From: Mustelus asterias
Lineage: Eukaryota
Direction: 5' to 3'
Assembly (NCBI RefSeq): GCF_964213995.1
Contig: NC_135823.1
Span: 1,054,001-1,118,000, forward strand
DNA: 64,000 nucleotides
Part shown: positions 36,510-50,205 of the stretch, piece by piece
Numbering within the stretch: position 1 is the stretch's first letter
How the letters are laid out: each line of letters opens with the position of its first letter
Made by a program: the position numbers and the translations under genes
The notes under the pieces: model-generated
Told to the model about the DNA's origin: nothing
Databases searched by the model: none
Seen by the model: the letters and a program-made list of their open reading frames with translations, nothing else

Positions 36510-39500
36510 AGGAACGGTGCTTGGTTCCGTGTGAAATACATTCCACCCACTGTCCACCCCCAGCGAAGCAAGGCTCAAAACAGTTACCTGCTGGATTAGT
36601 GGGGCCCATCTCTGGTGTACCTGTGCAAATAGAAGGAGGTTATGCAAGAGCTTTGCTTGACAGTGGCTCCCAAGTAACCATTGTGTATCGCAATTTCAAC
36701 GACACCTACCTGAAACACTCACCTCTCCAGCCACATGAAGACCTGGAAATATGGGGTTTAAGCTCTCACCAATACCCATATGATGGCTACCTGTCCATAC
36801 AACTCAAGTTCACTGCCGCTCTAACTGGAGTGCCGCAGACAGTTGACACTTTGGCCTTAGTATGTCCTGACCATGTGAAAGATGACAACATTGCCGTGTT
36901 GGTGGGGACAAATACCCGGCTGGTGAGAGAGTTGGTGGAGTCCTGTAAATAACAGGCAGGAGAACGCTTCTTGGGTACTTTGACCATACACCCCGTCCTC
37001 CGAGAAGCTTATGAGACACTCACCCAGTCTGAAACAACAGAAGGGGTAGACAAGCATGGTACTGTGTGGTTTACCCAGCACAAGCCAATCACCTTGCAAC
37101 CAGGAGAGCTGTTTAAAGTCACTGGCCTCCCAAAGTTTCCTGGTGATTTCACAGACCAGCTAGCACTGATAGATTAGCCGATTGACACTTTTTCCCCTGA
37201 AGAGTTGTGGGTGAGGCCTGAGGTTCATCCTGCATCAGTTGTTTACAGCAGACGCATTACTGTGACTGTCAAGAACCTCTCATCCAGAGAAATCTCCTTG
37301 AAACGTGGGACTCCAGTAGCCCATATTGTTCCAGTAGCCCCTGTTCCTCTGCCGAGGGCACAGTGTGCGGATAAAGGTGCAATCGAACTGACCCCTTCCT
37401 CTTTTGATTTTGGAGCCTCTCATATGCCAGAGGAGGCAAGGAGGCGTCTCTGTGAGAGAATGATGGAGAGGAAAGAGGTTTTTTCTCAGCACGAGTGGGA
37501 TGTAGGTTGTTCTAAAAGCACCAGACATGAATTAAGACTGAAGGATGCAAGGCCCTTCCGAGAGAGGTCACGTCCCTTGTCGCCTGCTGACTTTGAGGAT
37601 GTGCGCCAGCACCTACAGGAACTACAAAGCCATGGCATCATCTCTGAATCGTGTAGTCCCTACGCATCGCCAATAGTTGTCGTACGCAAGAAGTCAGGGA
37701 AGGTACGAATGTGCGTGGACTACCGAACCCTTAACATTCGAACAATACCGGACCAGTACACTGTCCCAAGGATAGAAGACGCTCTTCACTGCTTGTCTGG
37801 GAGTAAATGGTTCACAGTCCTCGATCTGAGGAGCAGGTACTATCAAATACCCATGAGTGAGGCTGACAAGGAGAAGACCGCTTTTATCTGCCCGTTGGGT
37901 TTTTATCAGTTCGAACGCATGCCTCAGGGAATTTCAGGAGCACCAACCACTTTTTGGAGTCATGGAACGTACTGTCGGCGACATGAACTTTCTAGAGGTG
38001 TTGGTGTACCTGGATGATCTCATTGTGTTTGGACGAACCCTCGAAGAACACGAGGAGCGGTTGCTCAAAGTGTTTGACCGGCTCCAAGAAGAAGGTCTGA
38101 AGCTGTCGCTTGACACGTGCCAGTTTGGCTGGACTTCTGTCACCTACGTTGGACATGTAGTGTCGCAGGATGGAATAGCGACAGACCCATCCAAGGTAGA
38201 GGCTGTTGTCCCCTGGCCAAGACCCCAAACGGTGACAGAGCTCAGATCCTTCCTTGGATTTTGTGGCTACTATCGCCGCTTTGTCAAGGACTTCTCCAGA
38301 CTCTGCCGTCCCCTCAACGGACTCCTTCAAGGATATCCTCCCCGTCCCCGCTCCAAGGGGAGTCAGACTGCAAACTCACCTGACAAGACTTACTTCAAGC
38401 CTTCTGAATCCTTTGGCTCTCAGTGGAGTGAGCAATGCGAACATGCTTTCCAAGGACTCAAGACCCGGCTCACCAAAGCACCTGTATTGGCGTTCGCAGA
38501 TCCACAGAAGCCTTACATTCTGCACGTGGATGCTAGCCTGGGTGGACTAGGTGGTATCTTATACCAAGAGCATGATGATGGTCTACGCCCAGTTGCATTC
38601 ATCAGCAGAAGTCTCTCGCCATCTGAGAAAAACTATCCAGCACACAAACTGGAGTTTTTAGCTCTCAAGTGGGGTATTGTGGATAAGCTACATGACTATC
38701 TTTATGGAGCTACTGTACAAGTCAGAACGGACGACAATCCCCTGACATACGTCACAAAGTCAGCTAAACTGGATGCCACTGGTGATCGCTGGCTCTCAGC
38801 ACTGTCCACCGACAACTTTAGACTTAAGTATAGACCAGGCCGGCATAACCTTGACGCAGACTCGTTGTCTCGACGTCCACATGACAGCATGACACCAGAT
38901 GACGAATGGCAAGAAATCCCAGTTCCAGCAGTGCGGGCTCTCTGTCAGACTGTGTCGAGTAGCACACGAGCAGGACACTCCTATCCATGTGTGATCGACC
39001 AAATAGGAGCTCATGTGTCGGCAGTTCCCAAGACTTTCTGTCATACCGTTGCAGGAGGAGCTGATCAGCTGCCCACTTTCAGTCCAGCAGAGCTTCAAGC
39101 TGCTCAGAAAAGTGACCCGTGTATAGGAGAAATATGGCTAGCTGTCAATCAGAAGGCACCGGCAAGTCAAATACAGACAAACCATCCTGATCTTACACTT
39201 CTGAAACGAGAGTGGGGGATGTGGTCAATCGACCAGGGACTGCTTTACAGGACAGTCAAACAGTCTGACCTACGCTTACGGCGACGGCTTGTGCTCCCCA
39301 AGCAGTTCCACCGTATGATTTTGAAGTCACTGCATGACAACAATGGACATCTGGGATTTAACAAGACCTATGCACTCGTCTGTGACAGATTCTTCTGGCC
39401 CCGCATGAAGCTAGACGTAGAGACATACTGCAAGACATGTGAACGCTGCATTAAGAGAAAGATTCTGCCACAGAGAGCAGCACCACATTCCCACATCCAA

Positions 39501-40950
39501 AGTTAAGGCCCTATGGATCTTGTATGCATTGACTTTCTCTCCATAGAACCTGATTCCCGCAATGTGTGCAATGTGTTGGTAGTCACTGATCACTTCACTC
39601 GGTATGCACAAGCATTCTCAACCAAGGATCAGAGAGCCATAACGGTTGCCAGAACTCTATGGGAGAAATACTTCATCCATGACGGCCTACCAACTCGTAT
39701 ACATTCAGATCAGGGTCGGGATTTTGAAAGCCAGTTCGTGAAAGAGATGCTGACCATGTTGGGTGTGAGGAAATCAAGAACTTCACCATACCACCCACAA
39801 GGTGACCCTCAACCAGAGAGGTTCAATAGAACCCTGTTGAACATGCTAGGAATTCTTGAGCCCAGTCAAAAGTCCAAATGGAGTCAGCACATTGCACATC
39901 TGGTCCACGCGTACAACTGTACGCCCAAATGAAGCTACCGGGTATTCACCCTACTTTTTAATGTTCGGGAGAGAAGCCAGACTTCCTGTGGACGTTTTCT
40001 TTGGCGTGTCAGCGGATGGGACCTCAACAACTTCTCACTTGCAGTATGTGTCTAAGATGAAGAAAGAGCTGCAAGCAGCCTATCAGTTGGCCAAAGCCAC
40101 TTCCGCTAGAATGAACCAAAGTAACAAAGAGAAGTATGACCAGAGAGTGCGCTACCATTGCTTGAAGCCTGGGGATAGAGTCCTCATTCGAAACCTTGGC
40201 CTGAAAGGGAAATAGAAGCTTGCTGATCGGTGGAGTGCAAATCCTTATGTGGTTGAGAGTCAAATGTCTGATCTTCCTGTTTATCGTCTAAAGCCTGCAG
40301 ATGGTTTGGGACCCATGAAGCTCATGCACCGCAATCATATTTTGCCCCTGGGACAAGAGGTCCAATTGAGCACTGACGTTGACTCAAAGCCTACTCCCTC
40401 TCCAAGATCCCTCAGGCACAGAAAAGCAAAAGAAAGAAATCAAACTCCTGAGGTTCACAAAGATGACTCCGCAGCTGATGTGCCCCTGGGAGATCAAAAC
40501 TCTTCAGACCCAGAGTCAGAGTATGGACATTACCCAGAGGACATGATCATTGACAATCCGGAGGGAATCCATGAACAACCGAAACAGGATGTCATGTCCA
40601 GAGAGTCCAATCCCCCCACAAATGCTACAGAAGTGACAGAAGTCGCAGCGAGCTCAGAATCTTCAGAAGGGCTACCTGTTGTGATAGAAGAGGTAGTAAC
40701 TGAGCAAAGGGATGTAGAATCAGACCGTTCTGTTGAGGGCACTTACACGACAGACACATCTAACATAGCCAATCCAGAACCAGAGATAAGGAGATCACAG
40801 AGAGAGAGAAAGCCAGCAGAACGATTCCATTATACAAAGCTGGGAGAGCCGTGTGCAAAGTCTGTAGTCGTAGGACATACAACTGTTCACTCTTTTCACC
40901 CACTCTTATACCAGTCATCACACTATAAGGTACATGGTGTAATTGCTTAA
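36485..40950 (+). pseudogene. pol: Gypsy pol (PR-RT-RNaseH-IN), multiple lesions
   Basis: ORFs starting at 36383, 36971, 37205, 37857, 39513, 39856 and 40249 carry successive domains. Confidence 0.9.
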
Positions 40951-41011
40951 CTGGGTCCTATGTCATGTACTTCAGCATGGGGGCATGCTGTCTTTTTGGT
41001 GGGGGGGAGAA

Positions 41012-41897
41012 TGTAAGGGACTGAGGAAAATATGTGGGGAAGACGTTTACCAGTGTTCTTTGTCCCTTGTGGCTTTCAGTGTCCCGTTTGCCGGGCGGGT
41101 GCTGTGAACAGGATGCTGTTGGTTGAGTGATGTGGGCTGGGCCAATGGGATTGCTCTGGGGGCGGGAAGAAAAAAAAGGCGCCAGGAAGTGATGGAGCCG
41201 CAGAGCTGAGGAGGGAGTGTGCAGAAGAGGGACAGCCAGGTTTTTTGAAGAGAAGCTTTTCGGAGGCAGTAAAAAGTCAGTTCGAAGTGAATCTTTCTCA
41301 GGTAGAACTGCTTGGTTTTTCATGACTGCCGAGGAGGACAGCCTTCAGCGCACGGGATCTGCGTTACTACACAGTTAGCTCGCGGCACCTCTGCCTCGTG
41401 TGCTTGCTCCATCACCTTACCTCTCGTAGACCCGTCTGGACTGTGTGTGTGTGTCGGGGTTAAGTGAGTACTATCAGACAGGAACAGTAACAAAATGTGG
41501 TTTTCTTCAGATGTGCACCAACGGATGGGCCGCAACCTTTAAAATTCAAAGTGCTTGGTGATATTCTGATCATTTCTCAGGATGAAACTGTTAATTGGAA
41601 AATCTTCAGTTGGGATTCTTTACTTGTTTATATCTGCTAATTATATTTGTTATTAATTTTTTTGTTATCCCGTTTATCTTGTTGTTCCAAACCTTTTCTC
41701 ATTCTAAGGTTTATCTCAATAACATTTTTGGGAGGCACCGCGCTATACATACTCAATTCCTTTCCATGCAAGCCTGTACTGGCATTTATGGGTCAACAGG
41801 AAATTTAGCGAGCTCACCATCAACTGCGAGGAATTCAGGATCCTGTAAATCGAACAGTTAAATAGTAGCCCTATATCGTGATCAGCAGGGGGTTACA
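41012..41897 (+). repeat. 3' LTR
   Basis: Preceded by PPT GGTGGGGGGGAGAA; ends GGGGTTACA. Confidence 0.95.
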
Positions 41898-44800
41898 TGA
41901 TTATTATCAAATTATTTGTGTTGACCATTTGTGAATGAAAAATACATTACGGTGTTCAGACATGGGTTGCCTGGAGACATTCGCGCTGAAAGGAAACAGC
42001 GTCAGCTGTGAGCAAAGTCATATTGCAAGCTTGACACCAGCGCCTGGAAAAAACAGGAAAGGAAATTTTCGAAACTATTGGCTGGAGAGTTATTCAATCC
42101 CCAGCCAGATGTGGTATCTCAATATTACCGTCCTCACAACTTTTGTTCGCTTGGATAAGATAGTTAGAAGTGCAGTAAAAGGAAAGCAGCACTCTTATTT
42201 TTCCCACAAAGCTGGAACTCCTTCTGCTGAAGCCTGTTGGTGACAGAAGTTGAACATTTGGAACTGTTTTTTGTTGGGGAGGTGGGTACAAGTTACTGAA
42301 CCAAGCCAGGTAGCTGAAGTCAAAATACAGATTAGCCTCTATGTTACTGTAAGACGGAACAGGGTCGAGGTGCTCAATATGCCCCTCCTCTCCAGTGTTT
42401 GTGACCACGCTGAAATTGCCTCTTCGGCACGCACTGAAATGTAGAACTATCTTTCTGACTCAGCTATGGTGGTCAGAAATCATAATGTTTAATTGATTAA
42501 TTTTCGGATGACCTGGCATAGATTACAATTCCAGGTTTTTCTGCCCACCCTGGAAAAGAGTGATTTGCTGGTACTTTTATGACGTCACATTTCGGCCAGA
42601 CCAGATATGGACGGTCGATTATCTCCCAGAAAAGAGATCAGTTATCGATTATATTGATCATGGTTGCCATGGATTAGACTAGATTTCAATCTAATTGCGT
42701 TAATTAATTTAATTTAAATTTCTCAATCTGCCCTGGTGCTATCTGCAAGTGTCCATCATCAAATAATCATTAACACTTTTCACTCAATGGAGTGCCTCTG
42801 ATTGACCGTGTTCCTCTGGTGTGCGGCCACCCCACAGTTCCTTGCACAGAGTTTACATTGGTAAGTTTATACACATAGGTTGGGCAATTCTCCTTTCTCC
42901 TCATGGCCGCCATTTAAGAGACGCAGTGCTTCCATCTTGCCGCTCTGAATGTGACTGACCTTTCCAAAACTGATTTTGTCTGCATGTAAATAGAAACAAG
43001 AAGAAAAAAAGAAAGACAAACGTCTTTTTTAGTGATGGCCGTGGAATCATTCTCAGCTCAGAGGAGCAGAACGTTCAAGTGGATATATTGGTGAATGGTT
43101 CCCGCGAGCGCTTCTGATCAGCTACAAATGATTCATTCTTTCACCATGAAATTAGTTTGATAGAAAGTAGGCATTGGCTTAATTTTCGAATTGACTTATA
43201 TCTCAGTGGTTCTAACCCTGCAAATGTGTTACTCTAAAGGAGGAGTGACGAAGACACACACCTGCAAAGAGATGCTACAACATTCAAGTTGTTACAAAGT
43301 TGATGGGCTGTGGTAACACAGGGAATCGGGAGCCAAGGTGAAAATACACGTTTTGCAGATACAACATGCTGCGGTGAAAATGTCGCACTGAAAACTTCAG
43401 AGCAGTGTGAATTGTGGTTCAGAGTTTCCTGTTGATAGCTTAAGAGGCCGCGCACAGCTCAGTCTGCAACGAGAAACATCTTCCAGCTAGTGCTAAACAC
43501 GCGTTAAGATTGAACTAAACTATGCTGAACAGGTAATGTTGCTGATTTCAGCAACATGGCTATTGGTGAAATTTGAATGGGCACAGGGGATAGCAGAATG
43601 CTGCGTTGAATTCATCCCAAACATCTTACTATATTCTGTTTCCTGCAAACAAGTTCCGAATGAAGAAAAATTCAAAAGGATGCAAATGTTTTAATGCCGG
43701 TTTCATCCAGTTCAGTTCTCCCTATCTCTTTGTATCATAATTGCACCTTATGATAAGCGGGCTATGGGCCATCCAGTCCAAACTAATCGTTATATTTCAC
43801 AGGAACTTCCTCCCACATTTATACAATCGCCACCATCCCCAACCCCACACCCCACATCCCACCCCCACCATGAACAAACTATTTAATTCCTTTCTCTTTC
43901 CTCAGTTTATTCAGTTTCCCAATCAAATGCATCTCTGTAGATCGGATGACTGTGGGGACTACTTCCACATTATCCCCATCCACTGAGTAAGGACCTTCCT
44001 CGTGAATTCACTGCCATCTTTATTAGTGACGATATTAGACTCCTGGTAGTTCATCCTGTTCACTCCGCACAAATGAACATAAACTGCCTCCCTCTACCCT
44101 GACGATTTATTTCTTAACTTTAACGTTTACCTTGCCTCCCCTTCCGCCACTTTTAGCCTTATCTTTCCCTGTGGACAGAAGGCGAGCTATTCAATGCTTG
44201 TTCTGATGGATATAACTGTCGAACTGGGCCCGTCGATGTTCTGACCCAAGCGTGGTGTTCATTAAACCGCGTCTTCAGACACCTGGGATCATACAGGTAT
44301 CTAAGCAAACGTGGAATGTCTTTAAATCAGGTTCATTCCCGAATAATCCTGTAAAAAATATTGAGGCAATATTGTCGACAAAATATCTATACGTTATCAA
44401 TACATTTTTTCCCCTGGGGAGTAAGATATAACCAGAGAATCGCGTAAGAGTGTTTTTATTGTCTGCAAAACGCGATGTCCAGCCACAAAACTATGAGAAT
44501 CTCACATTAACAATTAGGAGCAAGATTAAGTGTATCACTCCAGGTGACATTAAGTGCTTTCTGTTAACTAGTCTCTGTTAGGATCGATGATTCTGTTGCA
44601 CTGCAGAACACGTTGGAGGCTTTCCAACCCTAGGGAATGCGGCAGGTAATAGGAACAGTGGGTTAAGTGGAAAGATGCAACTGATGAATCGAAAAAGTTG
44701 GTCAAATGAGAGTAAATCACTGACTGTTGATCATGTGGATGTCTCTATTTTAAACAGTGCAGAATGAAATAAGCAAAACATACGATCGAGAATGGGGGAG

Positions 44801-45010
44801 GGTGATCCAGGTACAGAGAATATGTTTGTATTCCCGTGAGTTTCGAAGATTAAGGGACGATCTGACTTTCCTAAAATAGTGGAATAATATATTAGGATCG
44901 ACTGAAAGTAACTATTTCCTCTCGGAGTGGTGTGAAGACTCAGGCCAGAAACTTCAAGGGTTTTGTGTGGTTAGCCTTGACCTAAGTATTACAGTTGATT
45001 TTGGCATTAT

Positions 45011-45831
45011 CGTGATCATAACGTGTTTCACTCCGAGTATGATTCAAGTGACCCACTAGGATGCGTTCATCAAACAAAGTTTATTTAAGAAGAAAGCTAA
45101 AGTATAACAAAAAGAAGTAGCTTAACTTTTCCCAATTACAAGACTTAAACATCACACCGTATTATATTAACAGCTATCTTTCTCTGTTGTTCCAATTTAA
45201 AGCAATATCCCATCCGCATGCAACCTTCTTCAAAATTATTTAACACAAAAAACACGTTTCCTCCCGCGATACTAGGTTTCCAGTCTTTAACACCAATCGA
45301 CAGAAATCCAAACAGCCGTTTTCAGGAAAGTATCTATGCTGACGACAGCAAAAGAGTGAAATAAATCTAGTTTCTGGCAACTTCGAGACTTCAGACCTGA
45401 GGGACAAAATAGGATACCTATCTTTCTTTCTCTCTCTCTCTGCAGCTTCCAAAACAACATCATTCAGAAAGCAGAATCTACAAATGCAGAGAGGTGTGAA
45501 AACTGACACTGCTCTCTCTCAAGTCCAAGCAGCTTCTGACAACAGCAACTAAGTTGGAATTCGCTGTGAAAGATTAGCTGTCCACAGTCATATGACTTGA
45601 TCTGTCAATCATACCGATCAAGATCCACTCTGCAATCCCAAGGAACATCAAAAAACAGATCACTGCATTAGTTCAGATTCAAACAGACATAGTTGCAATT
45701 TTAATGTTTCAGTAGCAATGGAGGATACCGTTTGTGGATAAAACAGTTCCCAGAAGATGCCAGGGTCTGCTAGAGACATCCAGGAGATCAACATGATTAA
45801 AATACATTGGTATAAAGCACCGTATCTTCAC
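45011..45831 (-). mobile_element. Possible solo LTR
   Basis: Near-inverted termini (C/T)GTGA...TCACA and a minus-strand AATAAA near the end; no clear TSD. Confidence 0.35.
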
Positions 45832-46894
45832 AGTGGGCTATGTTAAGAACAATTCGGGTGGGTGTGGTGAGCGGTGGCGGCCGGAGGGTTTGATATGGCA
45901 TTGCTCGATAACGGAGTCTGTGCATTTGGATGTGACGTGTTCTACAAATCTTCAAATAAAGGAGAGGGGGAATCTGCGACTCCTAACTTCAAATAACTGC
46001 TGAGACCGGGGCTAAAATGAAACTGTCAAATCAGAAATTGAGAGATTGTGTTTTGGTAACTGGATAGAATTATGCATGCGAGCTGCATGGATAGAGTCAA
46101 GATATTGTTCCAGCTTGGCAGAAGTTAACTCACCGAAGGGCTGAATGGTCTCCTGCTGTTAGCATGTACAGGGGGAAAGAAAAGTAATTTTAAACGCTGA
46201 TAAAAGAGGAATAAGCCTGACGTTCATGCTGTGATAGGTAGGATGTGGAACAAAAGTACGGATTCAAACAGGCGACAGAGACGAGACATGCACTTCCTGT
46301 GCTGCACGTGGGTACGTTTCTCTGATCCGATTCTGTAAAATCCACTGAGCGGTGATATCCAAAGCGATCATGGATTTGAAATAATTTTGCCTCAGCAATA
46401 TATGCAGTTGTGTTCACTACCACTGCACAACAAGTTCAAGAATGCTCTCACACTGCATTTTTAATTAATCCAGCGAATGAATTCCAAAACTGCCTTGTCA
46501 GTCATTTACCCATAACCAAACGCACACACATGCCCTCCTAAAATGCCTTTGTTAATTAGCTGAAGAGCCACCGGAAACGCATTTGGGCTGAACCCATATA
46601 GAATCTGGAATCATGCAGTTTACATTGGTATTCAATACCTGTTTTGATAAATTGGAAGCTCGGATACAGATACATTTTGAATTGCTTTTTGCATATTTTC
46701 CGTAGGGAATGAATAGAGTTGTAAAAAACGACATAAGGAATTAGAAGCATGAAGAGGTGAAATTGCGCTGCAGGCGATATTCCGTTGTAGAATGGCGGCC
46801 ATTACAGGAGAGTGCATTTTCTGCTCTGGGCGCCATCAGAGTATTGAGCCGCATTTTCGACCGAATTCGCTCCAGTTGGACCTTCAAAATTTAC

Positions 46895-46915
46895 CATGGA
46901 ACAAGAGGAATATTT
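46895..46915 (-). other. Candidate 21-nt cytoplasmic mini-exon of gene 3 (KYSSCSM)
   Basis: ttgcag| acceptor and ATG|GTAAAT donor; no homology support. Confidence 0.3.
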
Positions 46916-47742
46916 CTGCAACACTAGATATAGAGGAAACACACAATTCTCTCTTTCTCTTTCTCTCTCTTTCCTCTCGAGTTAGAGTGTTGGACCCTCA
47001 TTAAAGACCAGACGAGTGCAAACAGACCGTGGATGAAAAGTGATCTGTCAATGTACTTCACACCATCATTATAGGGATTGGTGAAGCCATTGAGCCCCCC
47101 CACTCTATTCAACTAGACTAAGGTTGACAGGTATTTTAGCTCACATGCAACAATAATGAACATACATTAATATTCTCCCGAATATAAATGTATCCGTCTC
47201 AGTTTTGCGAAGTCCAACTGTTAACTGGCCTGAACAGTTTTTTTTTCCCCTCTGGGACAGAGTTCCAAAATTTGGCTCACAGTGGATACAGTGGCTCCAA
47301 AGTTAAGATTCTGCGTCCCTGGCGGAACATCCCCGGCGGTCCTCTGCATCCCACCCCTCCCCCTCGCCCCCACCCACGGCTGCATCTTCCAGTGCCACTG
47401 ACGTCCCCGGCGGCGGAGTGGTGCAAACGACGGGAAACCAGGTTGACACAAAGGTCAATAACGGGCCGCATCCCGTTGCTATGGAGGTAGGGGGGACGCG
47501 CAGGAGTGCGTTGCCTGCGGCGGGACCGGAAAATCACGCCAACAGGATGGGCTGGAGAATTCGGCCAATAATTTAAATTCGGTCTGAAGAAGTGTCCTAA
47601 GGGCTCAAAATATTCCTGTCTCCACAGATGCTGCCAGAGTTGCCGTTTTTTCTTTCTAGAATCATCTTTGTTCATTATGAATTTTGAATCTTGGGTGAAA
47701 AATTAGGGAAAAGTAAACACGCATAATGGAAAAAAAAGGTAC

Positions 47743-47800
47743 CTCTTCATTTTGTAGGTGTGGTCTGGAACCTATCAAGGCCTCATCACTACTTGCGTTG
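47743..47800 (-). other. Candidate 58-nt cytoplasmic exon of gene 3
   Basis: Polypyrimidine tract + aacag| acceptor and GAG|GTACCT donor, 130 nt after the TM exon. It reads ATQVVMRP* in phase 1, or NASSDEALIGSRPHLQNEE in another frame. Confidence 0.4.
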
Positions 47801-47903
47801 CTGTTTTGAAGAAAGAAGACAGGCTAAATGGCCACACTTCACACATTTCGTCCACAGTGTCAATAATTCAGTGATAAATGGGTGGACTGAGGATACAGCA
47901 GGG

Positions 47904-48049
47904 TTAGAGTATCTCCGAACAATCGCTACCCCTCTGCCGATTCCTGCGGCTGCATCTCCCAGCCACAAAGACCAATCCCAGACGGAGCAGTGCCACGGCC
48001 AACAAACCCCTGGACAGTGAGACAATGCATGACATGGTTACCGGAATAT
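47904..48049 (-). CDS. Gene 3 connecting-peptide/transmembrane exon
   Basis: tttttctttttcag|DIPVTMSCIVSLSRGLLAVALLRLGLVFVAGRCSRRNRQR: hydrophobic span then a basic stop-transfer run; phase-1 acceptor; donor G|GTAGCG at 47930, or read-through to TAA at 47904. Confidence 0.75.
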
Positions 48050-48212
48050 CTGAAAAAGAAAAATAACTTTCACCTCCAATTAGAATTGTGGAAAACATAA
48101 AAAAGTGAACAATTTGATCAAAACTGCCTGTCTATTTCCCCGAAAACAATAATTGGTTCTGTATATTCTGCCGTGATGTAATGGAGAAGAGAAGTTGCTG
48201 AACTATTTTTCA

Positions 48213-48604
48213 TGATGTGGAGCAGAAACTGATAGCCAAGTTCCGCACACACGAGGACGGCCTCAACCGGGATATTGGGTTCATGTCACACTATTGGTAA
48301 CTCCCACAGTTGTGTGGACCTGCAGAGTTTCACTGGCTGTCTTGTCTGGAGACAATACACATCTTTTTAGCCTGTCATGATGCTCTCTCCACTCCCATTG
48401 TTTTGTTTCTTAAAGACTTGATTAGTTGTAAGTATTCGCATTCCAACCATTATTCATGTAAATTGAGTCTGTGTCTTTATAAGCTCTGTTTGTGAACAGA
48501 ATTCCCACTCACCTGAAGAAGGGGCTGAGAGCTCCGAAAGCTTGAGTGGCTTTTGCTACCAAATAAACCTGTTGGACTTTAACCTGGTGCTGTTAAACTT
48601 CTTA
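48213..48604 (+). mobile_element. Penelope-like 3' fragment with hammerhead motif (48513-48550)
   Basis: Homologous to 7460-7840; TSD CTGAACTATTTTTCA at 48198-48212 / 48605-48619. Confidence 0.85.
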
Positions 48605-49659
48605 CTGAACTATTTTTCAACAGGACACAGGGGAGAGAGAACGAGAGAGAGTGAGTGAATGAGACTCAGAGAGCAAAAATCGAAAGATAATTGTTGAGTG
48701 AGAAAAATAAAGTGATAGGTAAGTTTGACAGGAGCAATCTCGAGATAATAGAGAGTGACAGAGCAGATAGATTATACAGAATTGTTTCACATGGGTATAC
48801 ATAAGGGAACAGATAGAGGGAGCAAGATAAGGACAAATCGATAAAAAGAGAGTCGAAGACGTAGGGATCCATTGAGACAGATAGGTTGGCTATTTAAATG
48901 GAGCACCGTTTAACTGGCAGGATCTGGCAAGGTAGAGAATATTAAAGATATCGATAGACAGAGAACGAGAGAGAACTCAATAGCTGGCGACAGAGAGATA
49001 AGAGAGAACGTGGTTGACACATAACTGCCCTATGGCAAGTAAGGATCGGCAATAAATGCTGGTTGGGGGTGGGTGGTGGGGTCGGGGGGGGGGGGAGAGG
49101 GGGAGGAGGGAGGGGGCGGGTGGATCGGGGAGAGACGGAGCGTTTAATACGTGGCGACACAGAGACAAAAGGGAAATGGAGAGGAAAGAGAAAAAGAGAG
49201 GGAATGATATGCAGAGAGTAGGCTAGCTGACTGAGATAGCACATTTTTATACAGAAACAAAATGAATCGATTAACAGAGGGAGAGAGAGGATGAATAAAG
49301 CTAAGTTAAGCAGCTGGATAGATACATCAGATAGCAGGCGCTGCTTTGCTTAACTGTGATCGTTCGAAGTCGAGAGACAAAAGGTCGAATGATTGATTAA
49401 AACTCATAATGTTTTATCGAATTAATCATTACATGTAGGCATGATGTGACAAAGTTATATGATGGAAATGCAATCACATATTTCATTTCAACCCACGGCA
49501 ACATGGGCCCCTGACTCCCAACCGTATTCAAGCTGGCGCCGGAGCATGGCTGTTTCCTGAGAGTTGTCCCCAGCATACCCACTAATTCTGTCATTCACTT
49601 CCGTACTATGCTTTTAAAACTCAAATCTAACTCGCTTATACTTTCTAGTAATCTTCCAA

Positions 49660-50205
49660 TTATGACTGTAGTATTACATGCTGCACCCATTCCTTTCCTT
49701 CTCCCATATGTACGACATAAATGGTATGTTTTGCCTGTTTAGCGTGCAAGAAACAATCCTTTTCATTCTATCCCAATACATGTGAGAGTAATGAATCAAA
49801 TCTAAGTACTCTGTGAACGGTATGTTTTTTTTCTGTTTAGCGCAAGAAAATATACTTCTCAATGTATCCCAATAAATATGACAATAATAACATCAAATTA
49901 AATCAAGTCTATCTCCCTATGATGGTATGCTTGTTCTGTATCACGCGCATGAAACAATGCTTTTCACAGTATCGGAAAACATATGACAATAATAGATCAA
50001 ATCTATGGACTCGATGAGCGTTATGTTTTGAATGTATAGCGCAAGAAAATGTGTTTTTCACTGCATCTCAGTACATGTGACAACACTAAATCAAATGAAA
50101 TCAAATCCATGTACTCTATCAATGGTATGTTTTGTCTTTGCAGCGTGCATGGATCAAAACTTTTCACTGTATCCCATTACATGTGAAAATAATAAATCAA
50201 ACCAT
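49660..50205 (+). repeat. Tandem array (~5 x ~105 bp) of Rex/Babar-like LINE 3' tails
   Basis: Repeated ATGTTTTG..TAGCGCGCAAGAAACAAT.CTTTTCA.TGTATCCCAATACATGTGACAATAAT.AATCAAATC. Confidence 0.75.

Larger units (their letters stand above)
34068..41897 (+). mobile_element. Full-length, decayed Ty3/Gypsy LTR retrotransposon with PNMA-like gag
   Basis: 886-bp LTRs TG...CA at 34068-34953 and 41012-41897; PBS 34958-34975; PPT 40998-41011; gag (YRKLRLFSG, CYRCGQDGHTRRVC), PR (LLDSGS), RT (YLDD), RNase H and integrase (HHCC, DDE) in Gypsy order, with frameshifts and stops; imperfect 4-bp TSD TTAT/TGAT. Confidence 0.96.

Noticed and set aside
42787-42866. Leader-like exon MECL*LTVFLWCAATPQ..|GTAAGT
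   Set aside because: In-frame stop, phase 2, and no downstream V exon found.
46190-46375. Terminal cytoplasmic exon of gene 3 (..YHRSVDF..)
   Set aside because: The acceptor is AA rather than AG and there is no clean tyrosine motif.
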